This document shows positions 63,451 through 64,000 of a stretch of DNA of 64,000 bases, piece after piece. Each line of letters opens with the position of its first letter. The first letter of the stretch is position 1. A program made the position numbers and the translations under genes. This stretch comes from Malacoraja senta (lineage: Eukaryota), in contig CM075993.1 of assembly GCA_038087875.1 (NCBI GenBank), positions 8,806,001 through 8,870,000 on the forward strand, written 5' to 3'. Below the pieces are notes generated by a model that was given only the letters and a program-made list of their open reading frames with translations, was not told the DNA's origin and ran no database searches.

Positions 63451-64000
63451 GCATACTCCAGTGCCGGATTTAGATGAAGAGAGGCTGTTCCACTTGTGAG
63501 GCCCCTCCTAATCCCCCACCCCCACGACTAAAGGAAGATGGTCCACCAGATTGACACCGATTTGCAGCTGAGCATGGCCAATGAGATAAGGGGCTGGAAA
63601 GCTGTGCTTTATTTATTTATTTATTGCCAATGCTAGTGTCGAATTATCGGCTTAAAACACTATTATTCTGAAATGGAGGGCAAGGAAAATTACTGAAGGG
63701 TTGTTTAGAGACTACAGTGCATTGTGACAGCATAGGTAAAAAAAAAGGCCTATGACAGTGTCAAAAATATTACACACCTTGCAGGACTCTCACTTAACTT
63801 TTTTTCTCTGTTGTCAGCCGGGCAACCTTGGCAGCTTTTTAGGTTGCCAAATGACAGCTTAGGTGGTCATTTAAGACGGCTTGCATGACGCGTCCGATAA
63901 TGTGCTCGGACGAAGAGAGTCAAGTCAAGAGTCAAGAGAGTTTATTGTCATGTGTCCCAGATAGGACAATTAAATTCTTGCTTTGGTTTAGCACAACAGA

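Noticed and set aside
63459..63910. Possible hAT-like starts (CAGTGCCGGATT, CAGGACTCTCAC)
   Set aside because: No matching second terminus could be verified within the window.

Overview
This is eukaryotic (vertebrate) DNA; the repeat families suggest a cartilaginous fish such as a skate or ray (inference). The whole window lies inside a minus-strand fibrillin gene, most similar to FBN2. Only two coding exons are visible: the first hybrid/TB-like domain exon (39561-39758, 198 bp) and the next calcium-binding EGF exon (21506-21631, 126 bp), both with AG/GT sites and phase-1 junctions. The rest is large introns packed with nested transposons: Rex1/Babar, CR1, L1 (one full-length 6.1-kb copy with a 17-bp target-site duplication, TSD), RTE, R2-Hero, Penelope, a probable DIRS remnant, and hAT-, Harbinger- and Tigger-like MITEs. 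Most ORF-track entries are TE fragments or spurious. Most noteworthy: (1) a non-autonomous Helitron-like family with hairpin+CTAG|T ends, head-to-tail chains and variable cargo; (2) GC-rich non-coding retroposons sharing a core but carrying either Rex1- or L2-type tails; (3) Penelope-derived fold-back inserts with 16-18 bp TSDs and a hammerhead-like core; (4) a near-identical inverted L1 pair bracketing both exons. No CRISPR, tRNA or rRNA was seen. Coordinates were read by eye and are approximate for decayed elements.
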